From Candidatus Portnoybacteria bacterium (lineage in GTDB: Bacteria > Patescibacteriota > Minisyncoccia > Portnoybacterales > GWB1-42-6), in NCBI GenBank assembly GCA_028688325.1, contig JAQTYI010000004.1, positions 8,638 to 72,637 of the forward strand: a stretch of 64,000 bases of DNA, read 5' to 3'. Below the pieces are notes generated by a model. That model had not been told where the DNA came from. It saw nothing but the letters and a program-made list of their open reading frames with translations, and made no database searches. Shown one piece after another: positions 1-10,016 of this stretch. How positions within the stretch are numbered: position 1 is the first letter of the stretch; every line of letters starts with the position of its first letter. The position numbers and the translations under genes were made by a program.

Positions 1-300
1 TCGCTTGGCCGGAATGCCGTTTTTGATATCGATCAGCAGGTGGCGCAGGATATCATTTTCCAAGCCCAGGAATTTTTTCAATTCGTCCATCTTTTCCGGC
101 TCGGCCGAAAATTCGACCGCGACATAAAAGCCGCCGGATTGTTTATTGATAGGGTAGCTTAAGCGTTTCTTGTCGGTGATATATTCTTTTTTGACCGTGC
201 CGGCCATCTGGCCCGTGATGAAAGAGCGGACTTTCGCCGCCACTGCGTTGGTATCCGGTTCGCTTGAAGCCGGGCTGATGATGTAGGTTAATTCGTACAT
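1..300 (-). CDS. rpsF: 30S ribosomal protein S6, N-terminal part; gene continues beyond window start
   Basis: Own minus-strand translation from ATG at 298-300: MYELTYIISP...KRLSYPINKQSGGFYVAVEF, an S6-like motif. Not in the ORF track because the gene is cut at the window edge. Confidence 0.55.
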   Translation of the reverse strand, partial: MYELTYIISPASSEPDTNAVAAKVRSFITGQMAGTVKKEYITDKKRLSYPINKQSGGFYVAVEFSAEPEKMDELKKFLGLENDILRHLLIDIKNGIPAKR

Positions 301-318
301 AGCATCCAAATAGCGCAA

Positions 319-410
319 AGTCCTTCGCCCCGCTCAGGACATTATCCGAAAGCGCCCATCCGAATTCCATTAGGAGCATTCGGATGTGATTCGTAGATTC
401 GGATCGCTTT
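319..410. repeat. ATTCGGAT-family intergenic element (copy 1) plus a degenerate GTCAT-family right-end fragment
   Basis: catccgaat...attcggatg...attcggatcgctt shared with 9133-9232; tccttcgccccgctcaggac resembles the element right end. Confidence 0.4.
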
Positions 411-1482
411 AATTAGTTTTAAATTCTATCACATCCCCATCTTTGACCACATATTCTTTGCCCTCTGTCTTGAGAATGCCGGTTTCTCTAACTTTGGCCC
501 AAGAGCCGGCCTTGAGCAAATCCTCCCAAAAAACAACATCCGCCCGAATAAATCCTTTCTCAAAGTCGGAATGGATTTTGCCGGCGGCCTGGGGAGCTTT
601 GCATCCTGTGGGTATAGTCCAAGCGCGAGTTTCGTCCTCGCCCGTGGTTAGGAATGTTTCAAGTCCAAGTAGAGTATAGCAGGCGGAAATCAATTCGTCA
701 AGACAATTTTTAGGGTGGGGCAGGGCCGTCCGCATTTCCTCGGCTTCTTCGGCGTTAAGCTCGGAAAGCTCGTTTTCCAGCTTTATATCGATTTCCAGGG
801 CCGGTTTGGCTTTGGCCGGGTAATTTAGGATGGTTTTGTCGGAAGAGCAGTTTATGATGTATAAAACCGGCTTGGCACTGAGAAGGTTTAGGGCCTTTAA
901 AAACTCCGCTTCTTTGTCGTTAATTTCCAGGTCTTTGGCCGGTTTGCCTTCTTCCAAAAAGGGGATGAGGCGCAGCAACAGCGCGTGTTCCAGTGCGGCG
1001 TCTTTGTCGCCGCCTTTCATGTTTTTTTCCACTTTGGGCGCGTGTTTTTGCAAGGTGTCCAAGTCCTTTAATATCAATTCCAGAGAAATAACTTCGATGT
1101 CGTCGGCCGGTCTGGGCTTGGCCTCGACATGAACGATGTTGGAGTCCTCAAAAGCTCGCACAACTTGAATGATGGCATCCGCTTCGCGAATATTGGCCAA
1201 AAATTGATTGCCGAGCCCCTCGCCTTTGCTGGCTCCTTTGACGAGCCCGGCGATATCCGTGAACTGGATGGCCGTTGGCACGATTTTTTTGGAATCGGAC
1301 ATTTTGGCCAAAAGGTCCAGCCGTTTGTCGGGGACCTCAACAATGCCCACATTGGGTTCAATGGTGCAGAAGGGATAATTTTGGATATCAACAGCACGCT
1401 TTGTCAGTGCTTTAAAAAGAGTTGATTTTCCGACATTGGGAAGGCCCACAATTCCGACAGAAAGCAAAATAATATTACTCAT
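409..1482 (-). CDS. ychF: Ribosome-binding ATPase YchF (Obg-family GTPase)
   Basis: [12 protein letters not shown]-loop, full-length YchF-like sequence. Start moved to the ATG at 1480-1482 (MSNIILL) because the upstream ORF extension is repeat-derived. Confidence 0.88.
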   Translation of the reverse strand: MSNIILLSVGIVGLPNVGKSTLFKALTKRAVDIQNYPFCTIEPNVGIVEVPDKRLDLLAKMSDSKKIVPTAIQFTDIAGLVKGASKGEGLGNQFLANIREADAIIQVVRAFEDSNIVHVEAKPRPADDIEVISLELILKDLDTLQKHAPKVEKNMKGGDKDAALEHALLLRLIPFLEEGKPAKDLEINDKEAEFLKALNLLSAKPVLYIINCSSDKTILNYPAKAKPALEIDIKLENELSELNAEEAEEMRTALPHPKNCLDELISACYTLLGLETFLTTGEDETRAWTIPTGCKAPQAAGKIHSDFEKGFIRADVVFWEDLLKAGSWAKVRETGILKTEGKEYVVKDGDVIEFKTN

Positions 1483-1485
1483 GTT

Positions 1486-1620
1486 GTCATTCCGAGCCCC
1501 GCATCCAAAATCATAGATTTTTGGTGCGGGATAAACTCCGCGAGGAATCTCGCGGGAGCGTAGCGATCCGCGCAACAGATCTGGCATCCGCCAGAGATCC
1601 TTCGCTTCGCTCAGGATGAC
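1486..1620. repeat. GTCAT-family MITE-like element (TIR gtcattccgagc / gctcaggatgac)
   Basis: Near-identical copies at 14726, 16672, 25493; terminal inverted repeats seen directly. Confidence 0.7.
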
Positions 1621-1675
1621 AAATGGAGTGATTTTAATTGGTAAACTGTTTGTATGCTATAATAAAATTACCTTT

Positions 1676-3034
1676 ATGTCTAATATAAACTCATCAATAT
1701 TCAAGGCCTACGACATTCGCGGAGTGTATCCGGACGAAATAAACGAAGACGCGGCGTATAAAATCGGCCAAGCGTTTGTTAAATTCCTGGAGAACGAAGG
1801 CCGGGTCGGCAACAGGCAGATAGTGGTTGGCCGCGACGCCAGGGAGTCGTCGCAAGACCTCTTTGACGCGCTAACGCAAGGCCTATTGAGCCAGGGCGCG
1901 GATATCATTGATATTGGTGAAGTTTCCACGCCGCTTTTTTATTGGGCCATCATAAACCAGTCGGCGGCCGGCGGAATTATGATAACCGCTTCCCATAATC
2001 CCGCCCAATTCAACGGGTTTAAAATTTGCGCGAGCCAAGCCCGTTCCATTGGACTGGAGAATGGTCTATCTAAAATACGAGATCTGGCCGCAGGGTCTGA
2101 TTTTACGGTTGGGGCGGTCGTCGGCAAGGCAACGGAAAAAAACTCCTTGTCCGGTTATATTGATTTTGTTTTAGAAAATTTTGCCGTTAAAGAATTAGCT
2201 CCCACGAAGGTCGTTATCGATTGCGGCAACGGCATGGCGGGTCCGGAGATTTTGGAGATAATAAAAAAACTGCCCTGGCAAACGGAAGTTTTATACGCTG
2301 AGCCCGACGGCCGCTTTCCAAACCACGAAGCCAATCCCATAAAAGAAGAAACTCTGGCCGTCTTAAAAGAAAAAGTTTTATCCGGCAAGGCGGATCTGGG
2401 CGTGGCTTTTGACGGCGACGGCGACAGGGTGGCTTTTTTGGACGAAAAAGGGGGGCTGGTACGCGGCGATTTTATTACCGCTCTGATAGCAAGGGAGATT
2501 CTGAAAAAAGAACCGGGACAAAAGATATTTTATGAAGTCAGAACGAGTAAAATTGTGCCGGAAATCGTTAAGGCAAACGGGGGAGTCCCTGTTTTGGGCC
2601 GGCCGGGCCACGCGCCGATAAAAGAACAGATGCGCAAGGAGGACATATTGTTTGGCGGGGAGCTTTCCGGCCATTATTTTTACAAAAAATTCGGTTTTAT
2701 AGAAAATACGCTTTTTACCATGCTGGAGATGGCGCGCGTCATTTATATTGAACAAAAATCGTTATCGGAAATCATCGCGCCGCTCAAAAAATATTTCGTT
2801 TCGGGCGAAATAAATTTCAAGGTTGGGGAGCCCGATAAAATTTTGGCGGATATTGAACAAAAATACAGCGGCGCGGAAATCAAAAAGATAGGTGGTTTGA
2901 CTGTCATTTATCCTGATTGGTGGTTCAATCTGCGCAAGTCCAACACCGAACCCCTGGTGCGGCTGAATATGGAGGCGGATAGCGCAGAACTGCTGGAAGA
3001 GAAAAAAAGAGAAGTGGTTGATCTGATAAAATAA
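1676..3034 (+). CDS. Phosphoglucomutase/phosphomannomutase family (alpha-D-phosphohexomutase)
   Basis: FKAYDIRG N-terminal motif and TASHNP active-site loop; start set at MSNINSS (1676), since the track start at 1616 lies in the repeat. Confidence 0.82.
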   Translation: MSNINSSIFKAYDIRGVYPDEINEDAAYKIGQAFVKFLENEGRVGNRQIVVGRDARESSQDLFDALTQGLLSQGADIIDIGEVSTPLFYWAIINQSAAGGIMITASHNPAQFNGFKICASQARSIGLENGLSKIRDLAAGSDFTVGAVVGKATEKNSLSGYIDFVLENFAVKELAPTKVVIDCGNGMAGPEILEIIKKLPWQTEVLYAEPDGRFPNHEANPIKEETLAVLKEKVLSGKADLGVAFDGDGDRVAFLDEKGGLVRGDFITALIAREILKKEPGQKIFYEVRTSKIVPEIVKANGGVPVLGRPGHAPIKEQMRKEDILFGGELSGHYFYKKFGFIENTLFTMLEMARVIYIEQKSLSEIIAPLKKYFVSGEINFKVGEPDKILADIEQKYSGAEIKKIGGLTVIYPDWWFNLRKSNTEPLVRLNMEADSAELLEEKKREVVDLIK

Positions 3035-3040
3035 ATATTC

Positions 3041-3057
3041 GTGATATCTGATATCAC
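3041..3057. promoter_or_regulatory. Perfect palindrome gtgatatcTgatatcac (GATATC-N-GATATC variant of the GATGTC-N-GACATC motif)
   Basis: Seen in sequence; related sites at 16058-16076 and at the uvrA/groES loci. Confidence 0.3.
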
Positions 3058-3074
3058 AAATATTGCCAGAAATA

Positions 3075-3112
3075 AAAAAAGGCCTCGCGGATAATGCCGG
3101 GGCCTTTGTGTT
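3075..3112. terminator. Bidirectional hairpin terminator between convergent genes
   Basis: aaaggcc...ggccttt stem flanked by an A-run and a T-rich tail. Confidence 0.45.
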
Positions 3113-3127
3113 CATCTCAAGGAAGGG

Positions 3128-3310
3128 TTATTTTTCTGTCGGGGTGCGGTCGCTGGAGGTCGCTTTATTGATCAATAAAAAAACTAATATGAAAACAATG
3201 ACGAGAAAAACCACTACTGCCAAAAATTTACTGAATGTCAATATGGATATTCTTGTTTCTTCTACTCTGTAAATCGCGTCAATAATTTCCGCATAAACCG
3301 AATTAAACAT
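3128..3310 (-). CDS. Small membrane protein (hypothetical)
   Basis: Strong SD aaggaggtga 6 nt before the ATG; one hydrophobic helix. Confidence 0.45.
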   Translation of the reverse strand: MFNSVYAEIIDAIYRVEETRISILTFSKFLAVVVFLVIVFILVFLLINKATSSDRTPTEK

Positions 3311-3448
3311 AAAATCACCTCCTTGTGGTTTACAAAATTTTTTATGAAAAGAACGATTCTTTAAATCCGCATCTAAGCCCTGTATAAAAAATACGGGGCT
3401 GGAATTCGGGTTTAAATATAAATTACAAGGTCAAGTATAAACACAATT

Positions 3449-3531
3449 GTCATCCCGGGCTTGACCCGGGATCCAGGCCCCTGGATTCCCGCTTTCAGTT
3501 TACCCCGCACTTGATGCGGGGCGGGAATGAC
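3449..3531. repeat. GTCAT-family element, CCCGGG-hairpin variant (reverse orientation of the 58541 copy)
   Basis: gtcatcccgggcttgacccggg...gcgggaatgac; its reverse complement matches 58541-58629. Confidence 0.65.
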
Positions 3532-3650
3532 AGTTGAAAGTATTTATACTTCTATTAACACAGGCAGAACCACCCCGTAAAATTTCGCTGCGCGAAATCA
3601 CGGGGCGAGACGCGGTATTATAATGCTGGCAGGCGCGTCCGTGTTAGTTT

Positions 3651-5516
3651 TTATACCTCTATCAGTACTGGCAGAACCATAGGCCTTCGCTCGGTTTTAG
3701 TGTATAAGAATTGGCCTATTTTGTCACGCACCTGGTCTTTTATGTAGTCCTCATTGAGCGGGCCTTTGGCGCCGATCGAGTGGTGCACTATTTCTTTGAC
3801 TTTCTGGCGCACCTGGTAAAGTAATTCTTTGGACTCGCGCATATAAATAAATCCGCGGGAGATTATGTCGGGGCTGTTGCGCACTTGGCGAGTTTGCGTA
3901 TCTATCGTGACGATGACCACGAACATTCCGTCCTGTGCCATGGCCTGGCGGTCGCGCAAAACGACTTGGCCGATATCGCCAACACCCAATCCGTCAACGA
4001 ATACATAGCCCGTGGGCACTTTTTTGTTGTGGATCTTGGGCTCGCCGGTGCTGGCAAATTCCAAAACAGCTCCATTATCCAAAACGAAGATATTGGCCTT
4101 GTGCATGCCGACTTCCACGGCCAGCTTGGCCGCTTCTTTGAGCATGTAGTGATTTCCGTAGACCGGAATAAAAAAATCCGGTTTTATTTGCCCGATTATT
4201 TCTTTGATGTTCTGGGCGTTGCAGTGGCCGCTGGTATGCACATCCATAATGTCGGTGTGAATTACATTGTCGGATTGGCGGTAGAGATTATCTTTCAGAC
4301 GCTGGACCGTGCGCTCGTTTCCGGGAATTACGGAAGAGGAAAAAATAATGGTGTCTTGTTTGCGCACTTTGATGAAGCGGTGGTCGCCGGCAACAATGCG
4401 CGAAAGAACCGCGTTGCCTTCGCCCTGCGCGCCGGTGCAAATGATGATTATCTTATTGTCCGGATATTTGTGCAGGTCGTTGACCGTGATTAGGGTTTCC
4501 TTGTCAACTTTGATATAGCTCAGCTCCTTGGCGATTTCCACATTCATTTTCATACTGAAGCCGTCCAGCGCGACTTTTTTGCCGACTGTCTTGGCGTATT
4601 CCAGAATATGGCCCACGCGCCGGATCTGCGAAGCAAATGTGCCGATGATGACTTTGCCGGTCGCTTCGTTGATAAGTTTTTCCAAATTGGCATACATTTC
4701 TTTTTCGGTGACATGGCTTGTGCTCATATCGGTGGCGCCCAAGCTTTCAAGCATGAGGACTTTAGGGCCGGGCAGCGCGGCCAGGTGCGCATAAGAAAGC
4801 AATTTGCCGCTGATGGGATCTTTGTCCATGGTCCAGTCGCCGGGATGCACGACCGTGACCGAAGGGGTCTGCAATATTACGCCGACCGCGTCCATTATGG
4901 AATGTTCAACATCGAAAAAACTCAGATTGAAATTGCCCAGGTGTATTTTGTCTTGGATGGATTTGACGGGAATTATGTCCAGGCGCTTGGCGGAGCTTTT
5001 TTCATAGTCCTCCAGCCGTTTTTTTATCAAAGCGATGGTCAGGTCGCGCCCGATGATAGGCGGGTAATTCAGTTTTTGAAGCAATATGGGAGCTGCGCCG
5101 ATATGGTCCAAGTGGCCATGGCTGAAGATCACGGCTTGGATATCTTTTTCTCTGCCTTGCAGGTATGAAATGTTGGGAATGATGTAGTCGATTCCCGGCA
5201 TATCTTCTTCGGGGAATTGCACGCCCATATCCAAAATAACGATATCTTTGCCGTATTCAAAGATGGTCATGTTGCGGCCGACTTCTTCCTGGCCGCCCAA
5301 AGGAATTATTTTCAGGGTATTTTCGCCCTTGTTCTTATAGTCGTTTATACCGGCGTCGCTCGGGCCCGCTTGTCCGTGGCTGCCGGAATAACCGGTTCTT
5401 TTCTGACCCGGTTTCTTGCCGCGCGGGCGAAATCTGGCGGCCGCTCCGCTTCGATGAGTCGAAGGAGAAACGGGCCGGCTCGCTTGCGAGCGAGGTATGT
5501 TTGTTTGAGGTGTCAT
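3651..5516 (-). CDS. rnj: Ribonuclease J (metallo-beta-lactamase/beta-CASP) with ~65 aa basic low-complexity N-terminal extension
   Basis: SHGHLDHIGA motif; beta-CASP architecture; length typical apart from the extension. Confidence 0.82.
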   Translation of the reverse strand: MTPQTNIPRSQASRPVSPSTHRSGAAARFRPRGKKPGQKRTGYSGSHGQAGPSDAGINDYKNKGENTLKIIPLGGQEEVGRNMTIFEYGKDIVILDMGVQFPEEDMPGIDYIIPNISYLQGREKDIQAVIFSHGHLDHIGAAPILLQKLNYPPIIGRDLTIALIKKRLEDYEKSSAKRLDIIPVKSIQDKIHLGNFNLSFFDVEHSIMDAVGVILQTPSVTVVHPGDWTMDKDPISGKLLSYAHLAALPGPKVLMLESLGATDMSTSHVTEKEMYANLEKLINEATGKVIIGTFASQIRRVGHILEYAKTVGKKVALDGFSMKMNVEIAKELSYIKVDKETLITVNDLHKYPDNKIIIICTGAQGEGNAVLSRIVAGDHRFIKVRKQDTIIFSSSVIPGNERTVQRLKDNLYRQSDNVIHTDIMDVHTSGHCNAQNIKEIIGQIKPDFFIPVYGNHYMLKEAAKLAVEVGMHKANIFVLDNGAVLEFASTGEPKIHNKKVPTGYVFVDGLGVGDIGQVVLRDRQAMAQDGMFVVIVTIDTQTRQVRNSPDIISRGFIYMRESKELLYQVRQKVKEIVHHSIGAKGPLNEDYIKDQVRDKIGQFLYTKTERRPMVLPVLIEV

Positions 5517-5635
5517 AAATTTTATCGCTGCTTTTCTGTCAGGAGAAAAATAGCCAAAAGGCCTGCGCCCGCGGCAATCCTCAGAGAGAGGGTCCTTGGA
5601 CTTTTTTATTTAGATTAAAATTAAGATGATAGTTG

Positions 5636-5717
5636 TGGGGATGGAGAGATTTGAACTCTCACGCCTTGCGGTATACGCTCCTGAAGCGTACGCGTCTGCC
5701 AGTTCCGCCACATCCCC
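5636..5717 (-). tRNA. tRNA-Leu (anticodon CAG), long variable arm
   Basis: Manual fold of the reverse complement: acceptor GGGGATG/CATCCCC, anticodon loop TTCAGGA, T-loop TTCAAAT. Confidence 0.8.
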
Positions 5718-5998
5718 TCGATTTATTATGAGAATATACGAGTTCTAAATTATGCTTTCAGTCCATTATTTCAAATCTTTTAGTTTCGCCCGGATAACCA
5801 GTATCTTACAGGCCAAGAAATACAAATAGACAAATAAAGCATAATTCAAAACTCGTCTGCATAGACGAAAATATAAAACGATGATCAAGCCCGAGAGCGG
5901 GCTTTAAACCGAACATATATATGGCCTTGCGCCATGAGAGTTATTGACCGTCAGAGTGTATCACAGATTAAAACAAAAGTCAATAGCTGGCGCAAAAA

Positions 5999-7006
5999 TC
6001 ATTCTTTCAGCCGTTTTTTCATTTCTTCCACCATCGTCACAGGCGTCGGGTCGGTACCGTAAAAAAGAGCCAGATGATACGAAAGCCAATCGCTGAAACT
6101 GGAAGCCCAGAATATCTTTTCCGGAGGATTATCGCCGATGATATCAATGAATTCTACCGGCATATTCAGCGATCTCAAAAGGTCGGCCGTGACCTCTATC
6201 CGTTTTTTTATCCTTGGCAGGTCGTCTTTGTCGCGCAGGAAGATTATGGAAAAGGAGCCCAGGTTTTTCGTCCAGCCCGCCATCTCGTTATGGTTCATTT
6301 CCGGCAAGGAATTATAGAAGGCGGGAATTTTGGCGTTCTCGTTCAGTTTTATTTTCCAGAGGCGCGCCAGAACCCGGTTGTTCTGAGAGGCATAGATAAC
6401 GGGAATCTTGTGGTCGAGCTTGGCGGAAAGCATTTTTGCCTGGTTTTCCAGGTTCGCCGGTATCACTTTTTCGGGTAAAGACGCGATGGCATGATGGGCG
6501 TCGGAAGTTAGCAGGCCGTAGGCCATCAGGATTTTAACCATGGCGGCCAGCTGATAGCCCAGGGAAGTGCGGGGCGGAATATCATCTTGCGGGATTTTTA
6601 CCCAGGGTGTTTTGAATTTTTGAAAAAGCTCCCCGAGTTCTCCTCCGCAAGTGATGCCAGCGACTTCAAAATTCATTTCCCGGGCTTTATCGAAAGCGGA
6701 AAGCACTTCTTCCGTTTGGCCCGAATATGAAACGCAAAGCACCAGAGTTTTTTCATCGGTGTCGGCGGGCAAGCCGTAGGAGCGGTGCGTGAGAATGGGA
6801 ATTTTTGGCGATAAGGGCTTAAAGCCGGAGCTTAGAAAATACGAAAAGAAATCATCCATCAAGGCCGAGCCGCCCATGCCGCAGATAAGTATCTTGTCAA
6901 AGGGCCGGCGTATCAAGCGCAGTTCATTGAAAAAAATTAGAGGCGCGTTGATTTGCCGGACGGAATTTATGATCACTTCTCTTAAGTTTGATTTATCCAC
7001 CTCCAT
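5999..7006 (-). CDS. SIS-domain sugar isomerase, probable bifunctional phosphoglucose/phosphomannose isomerase (archaeal type)
   Basis: ILICGMGGSAL SIS motif; ~330 aa PGI/PMI-family size. Confidence 0.55.
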   Translation of the reverse strand: MEVDKSNLREVIINSVRQINAPLIFFNELRLIRRPFDKILICGMGGSALMDDFFSYFLSSGFKPLSPKIPILTHRSYGLPADTDEKTLVLCVSYSGQTEEVLSAFDKAREMNFEVAGITCGGELGELFQKFKTPWVKIPQDDIPPRTSLGYQLAAMVKILMAYGLLTSDAHHAIASLPEKVIPANLENQAKMLSAKLDHKIPVIYASQNNRVLARLWKIKLNENAKIPAFYNSLPEMNHNEMAGWTKNLGSFSIIFLRDKDDLPRIKKRIEVTADLLRSLNMPVEFIDIIGDNPPEKIFWASSFSDWLSYHLALFYGTDPTPVTMVEEMKKRLKE

Positions 7007-7095
7007 GATGCGGATTTAAATTTAAAGCGAATTTTGTCCCGCGGTGGCGGGACGCGCAAGTTGGCGCGAATAAATTCGTTTTATATCAGCTTGAA

Positions 7096-8670
7096 TTAGA
7101 GCTTAATCGTATTTTTAAATACCCTGTGCGTCTTCAGATACCACAGGTTCAGTTGCGATAAGCGCGAAGAGGGCGAGTCCAGATTTTGAAGATTTATTCC
7201 CAAGATTTTCTTTTTGGCGGTTACCAGGTAATCGGGGCTGAAAAGAAACACAGCCGGAAGATCGTTCACGATTAGATTGGCAATTTTTTGATTTTTTTGC
7301 GCCCGAGAGTTTTTGTCCAGGTCTTCCGCGGCGGAAGATAAAAGCTTGTCGGCTTCCGGGTTGCCGTAGAGCGCCAAGTTTAGGCCCGATTCCGTTTTCT
7401 GCGAGGAGTGCCAGAAATAGAACAAGTCCGGTTCTTTGCCCAGCACCTCGCCGAAGAGCAATGCCTGGTATTGGCGGGGCTTGATCGCATCATTTTGTAT
7501 CTTGGCCGTTTCTATTATTTTCAGAACGACGCTGACTCCGGCCTTGCCCCATTGCTCTTTCAAAATTTCCGCCACGCGGGAAAGTTCCGGCCAGTCAATG
7601 GTGGTCATCGTGATTTCCAGTTTCTCGTTCTTTTTGCCAAGCTCCAGGATGCCGTCGCCGTCCGCATCTTTCCAGCCGGCCGCGGCCAGGATGGTTTTGG
7701 CTTGTTCCAGTGAAAAGCCGAGTGATTTTATCTGGTCCGAATATCCGGTCATACCCGGGAGAAGCGGGGAATCGGCAATTTGACCGTAGCCGCCGAAAAC
7801 GGAGTCGATTATTGCTTTTTTGTCGGTGGCCAAGTCGAGCGCTTGGCGCACGGCCTTGTCGGCTAAAAATTTATTTTGGTTTTGATTGAAAAAAACAGCG
7901 AAATAACGCGGCAAACTCAAAGGATAGATATTAATATTGCTGTTAGCTTTGTTTTTCAGGTCGACGAAATTTTTAGCGGAAACAAAACCGAAAAGATCCG
8001 CGCCATCTTTTTTATAGGCGGTGAAAGCGTCATTTTCCGCGGGATAAAAATAAAAGGTCAATGAGTCGATGAACGCTTCACCCGCAAAATATTTGTCGAA
8101 CGCTTTAAGTTCGATGCTTTTAATCGTTCCATTCTTGTCTTTTTGTAATTTTTCGAAACGGTATGGCCCCGAACCGACCGGTTTCAGATTGAGCTCGCTG
8201 AGGGCGAATTGCGACGGCGCAACATTGCCCCAAAGGTGCTTGGGCAGAACACCGAAGGCCAAGTTATTAAGAAAGGATACATAAACATTTTTTAGGCGGA
8301 AACGGATGACGCGGTCGCTCGCTTTTTCTGCTTCAATGCCTTGCCACAAGCCGCGGATGGGGCTGCGGTAATCCAGGTTTTGGATTGTTTGGACGGTAAA
8401 CAGGACATCTTCGGCGGAAAGCGGCTGGCCGTCGTGCCATTTTACATTTTCCTTGAGAGTTATTTCATAAGTTTTGCCGTTGTCTCCGATGGAATATTTT
8501 TCAGCCAGATCGTTGACCAAATTTCCCTGGGAATCATACTTCATCAGGCCGGAAAAAATAAGCGCGGACAAGTCCTTATCGGCGTCGTTTATCTGATTTA
8601 GGACGGGATTCAAGAACCGGGGCGAGCCGACGATGCCGATGTTAATGGCGCCGCCATGATCGGGCCGCAC
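7096..8670 (-). CDS. ABC transporter substrate-binding protein, family 5 (peptide/nickel type); true N-terminus uncertain
   Basis: SBP_bac_5-like sequence; an in-frame signal-anchor helix continues upstream to 8874 with no canonical start. Confidence 0.75.
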   Translation of the reverse strand: MRPDHGGAINIGIVGSPRFLNPVLNQINDADKDLSALIFSGLMKYDSQGNLVNDLAEKYSIGDNGKTYEITLKENVKWHDGQPLSAEDVLFTVQTIQNLDYRSPIRGLWQGIEAEKASDRVIRFRLKNVYVSFLNNLAFGVLPKHLWGNVAPSQFALSELNLKPVGSGPYRFEKLQKDKNGTIKSIELKAFDKYFAGEAFIDSLTFYFYPAENDAFTAYKKDGADLFGFVSAKNFVDLKNKANSNINIYPLSLPRYFAVFFNQNQNKFLADKAVRQALDLATDKKAIIDSVFGGYGQIADSPLLPGMTGYSDQIKSLGFSLEQAKTILAAAGWKDADGDGILELGKKNEKLEITMTTIDWPELSRVAEILKEQWGKAGVSVVLKIIETAKIQNDAIKPRQYQALLFGEVLGKEPDLFYFWHSSQKTESGLNLALYGNPEADKLLSSAAEDLDKNSRAQKNQKIANLIVNDLPAVFLFSPDYLVTAKKKILGINLQNLDSPSSRLSQLNLWYLKTHRVFKNTIKL

Positions 8671-8874
8671 CTCGGTGGCGAATAAATAAAGCCGATAGCT
8701 TAAAATAAAAAATCCGATTAGCGCCAGGAGCGCGAATACGGCCAGCCAGTGCCGTTCTCGGCGATTGGAAATGGAAAAAAATTGCCGCCATTGGTTTGCA
8801 GCCGGCCACTGGAATTCCGCCCGCCAATTATTGAATTTTTCAAGAAGTGCGCGAATGGGAGTTAAATTGGAGAA

Positions 8875-9111
8875 TTAGTATTTTGCCGAAACGAGAATAG
8901 AGGCGACAGCCAAAGCGATAAAGGCGACCGCCAAAATAATAATGGCGGCAAACAGGACCTTTTCAAAGCCGCGCCTGGCGTAATATGCCGAGCCGCCTCC
9001 GCCGCCGGTGATGGCGGAAGATCCCGCGCCCCGCTGTTGCAGCAAGACGCCGATAATGAGTAAAACGGAAATTATAGCTTGAGCTATGGCGATAATTTTA
9101 GGTAAATTCAT
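8875..9111 (-). CDS. secG: Preprotein translocase subunit SecG
   Basis: VLLIIGVLLQQRGAGSS...GGGGGS...RRG...two TM helices, typical SecG; start at the ATG at 9109-9111, since the upstream 'M' is a TTG. Confidence 0.7.
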   Translation of the reverse strand: MNLPKIIAIAQAIISVLLIIGVLLQQRGAGSSAITGGGGGSAYYARRGFEKVLFAAIIILAVAFIALAVASILVSAKY

Positions 9112-9132
9112 GAATTTACGCGATCCCAATCT

Positions 9133-9232
9133 GCGAATAACATACGAATGCAGCGAATAAATTCATTTATGGTGAGTTTATCGAACCATTCGGATAATTC
9201 GGATGGGATTTAAGATTATTCGGATCGCTTCT
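9133..9232. repeat. ATTCGGAT-family intergenic element (copy 2)
   Basis: attcggataattcggatgggatt...attcggatcgctt matches copy 1 at 361-410; same position relative to a minus-strand gene start. Confidence 0.4.
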
Positions 9233-9605
9233 TTCTTATAAATAATTCAACGATCCAGTTAACGACGCTCACAATGACCGTTCCCCAAAAATAAGCCCAG
9301 AAACCAGCTATCATCAATTCCGGTATGAACTGCGACAAGAGCCAGAGCAACGCCATATTGATGACGATGGTAAAAAGCCCCAGCGTGAGAATGATGAAAG
9401 GAAAAGATACCAGCTTTAGGATCGGTTTTAAAATAGCATTGAATATCGCCAATATCAAGCCCGCGAGCAACAATAACTTCCAATCCTGCGCTTGATGCGG
9501 GAAGTCGAAACCGACAACAAAATAAGCGGCTAAATAAATAGCCAACGCATTGGCCAATATTCTGACTAAAAAACGCATCATACCGGGCAGTAGAAATTCG
9601 GCCAT
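9216..9605 (-). CDS. DUF360 / 4-TMS phage-holin family IV (YvlD-like) membrane protein
   Basis: GFDFPH motif and 4 TM helices. Confidence 0.65.
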   Translation of the reverse strand: MAEFLLPGMMRFLVRILANALAIYLAAYFVVGFDFPHQAQDWKLLLLAGLILAIFNAILKPILKLVSFPFIILTLGLFTIVINMALLWLLSQFIPELMIAGFWAYFWGTVIVSVVNWIVELFIRKKRSE

Positions 9606-9747
9606 ATGAAATTATTTTTTTGAGAACATAATTTATACGGTCAATTTTCTGATTTTATTAATTTGCCAAGCAATAAACGACAAAATAAATTGCCGAATTT
9701 TCACTGCCCGGCATATTTTATGATATTAGCATAACAGCGTTGCGCGG

Positions 9748-9906
9748 TCAATAAAAAGATGCCTTCTTTTTGATCATCCGTTTCAAATTCAAAACGCTTT
9801 TGCCCGAAACCGCCATTTTCGGGCGTTTCTTTTTCAGGCGGCGCTTAGCTTTTTGTTCCAGGATTTTTTGGAGTTGTTCGGAGTTTGCTTGCACGCTCAT
9901 AGTCAT
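9748..9906 (-). CDS. Small basic protein (hypothetical); start codon lies inside the repeat TIR
   Basis: ATGACTATG... on the minus strand is the complement of the gtcat TIR; K/R-rich 52 aa. Confidence 0.2.
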   Translation of the reverse strand: MTMSVQANSEQLQKILEQKAKRRLKKKRPKMAVSGKSVLNLKRMIKKKASFY

Positions 9907-9991
9907 TCCGAGCAAAGCGAGGAATCTCCCGCGTATGCGAGGTGAATCGCACATTCGTGCGAGATTCTTCGGTCTATGGCCTCAGAATGAC
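9902..9991. repeat. GTCAT-family element (short variant)
   Basis: gtcattccgagc...cctcagaatgac. Confidence 0.65.
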
Positions 9992-10016
9992 GAATAAGGT
10001 AAATCTCACTAAAAAA

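Noticed and set aside
143-379. 78-aa minus-strand ORF in the track
   Set aside because: Another minus-strand frame in the same region encodes a clear ribosomal protein S6 N-terminus, so this ORF is an overlapping wrong-frame artefact.
1616-1675. Upstream extension of the phosphohexomutase ORF starting ATGACA
   Set aside because: The extension is encoded by the repeat TIR and spacer. The conserved FKAYDIRG motif sits ~8 aa after the downstream Met.
3885-4493. 202-aa ORF antisense to rnj
   Set aside because: It is fully embedded opposite a well-supported RNase J gene with no independent signals.
9748-9954. Longer version of the small basic ORF (starting at 9954)
   Set aside because: The extra N-terminal residues are a translation of the repeat element. 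Even the shorter version is low confidence.
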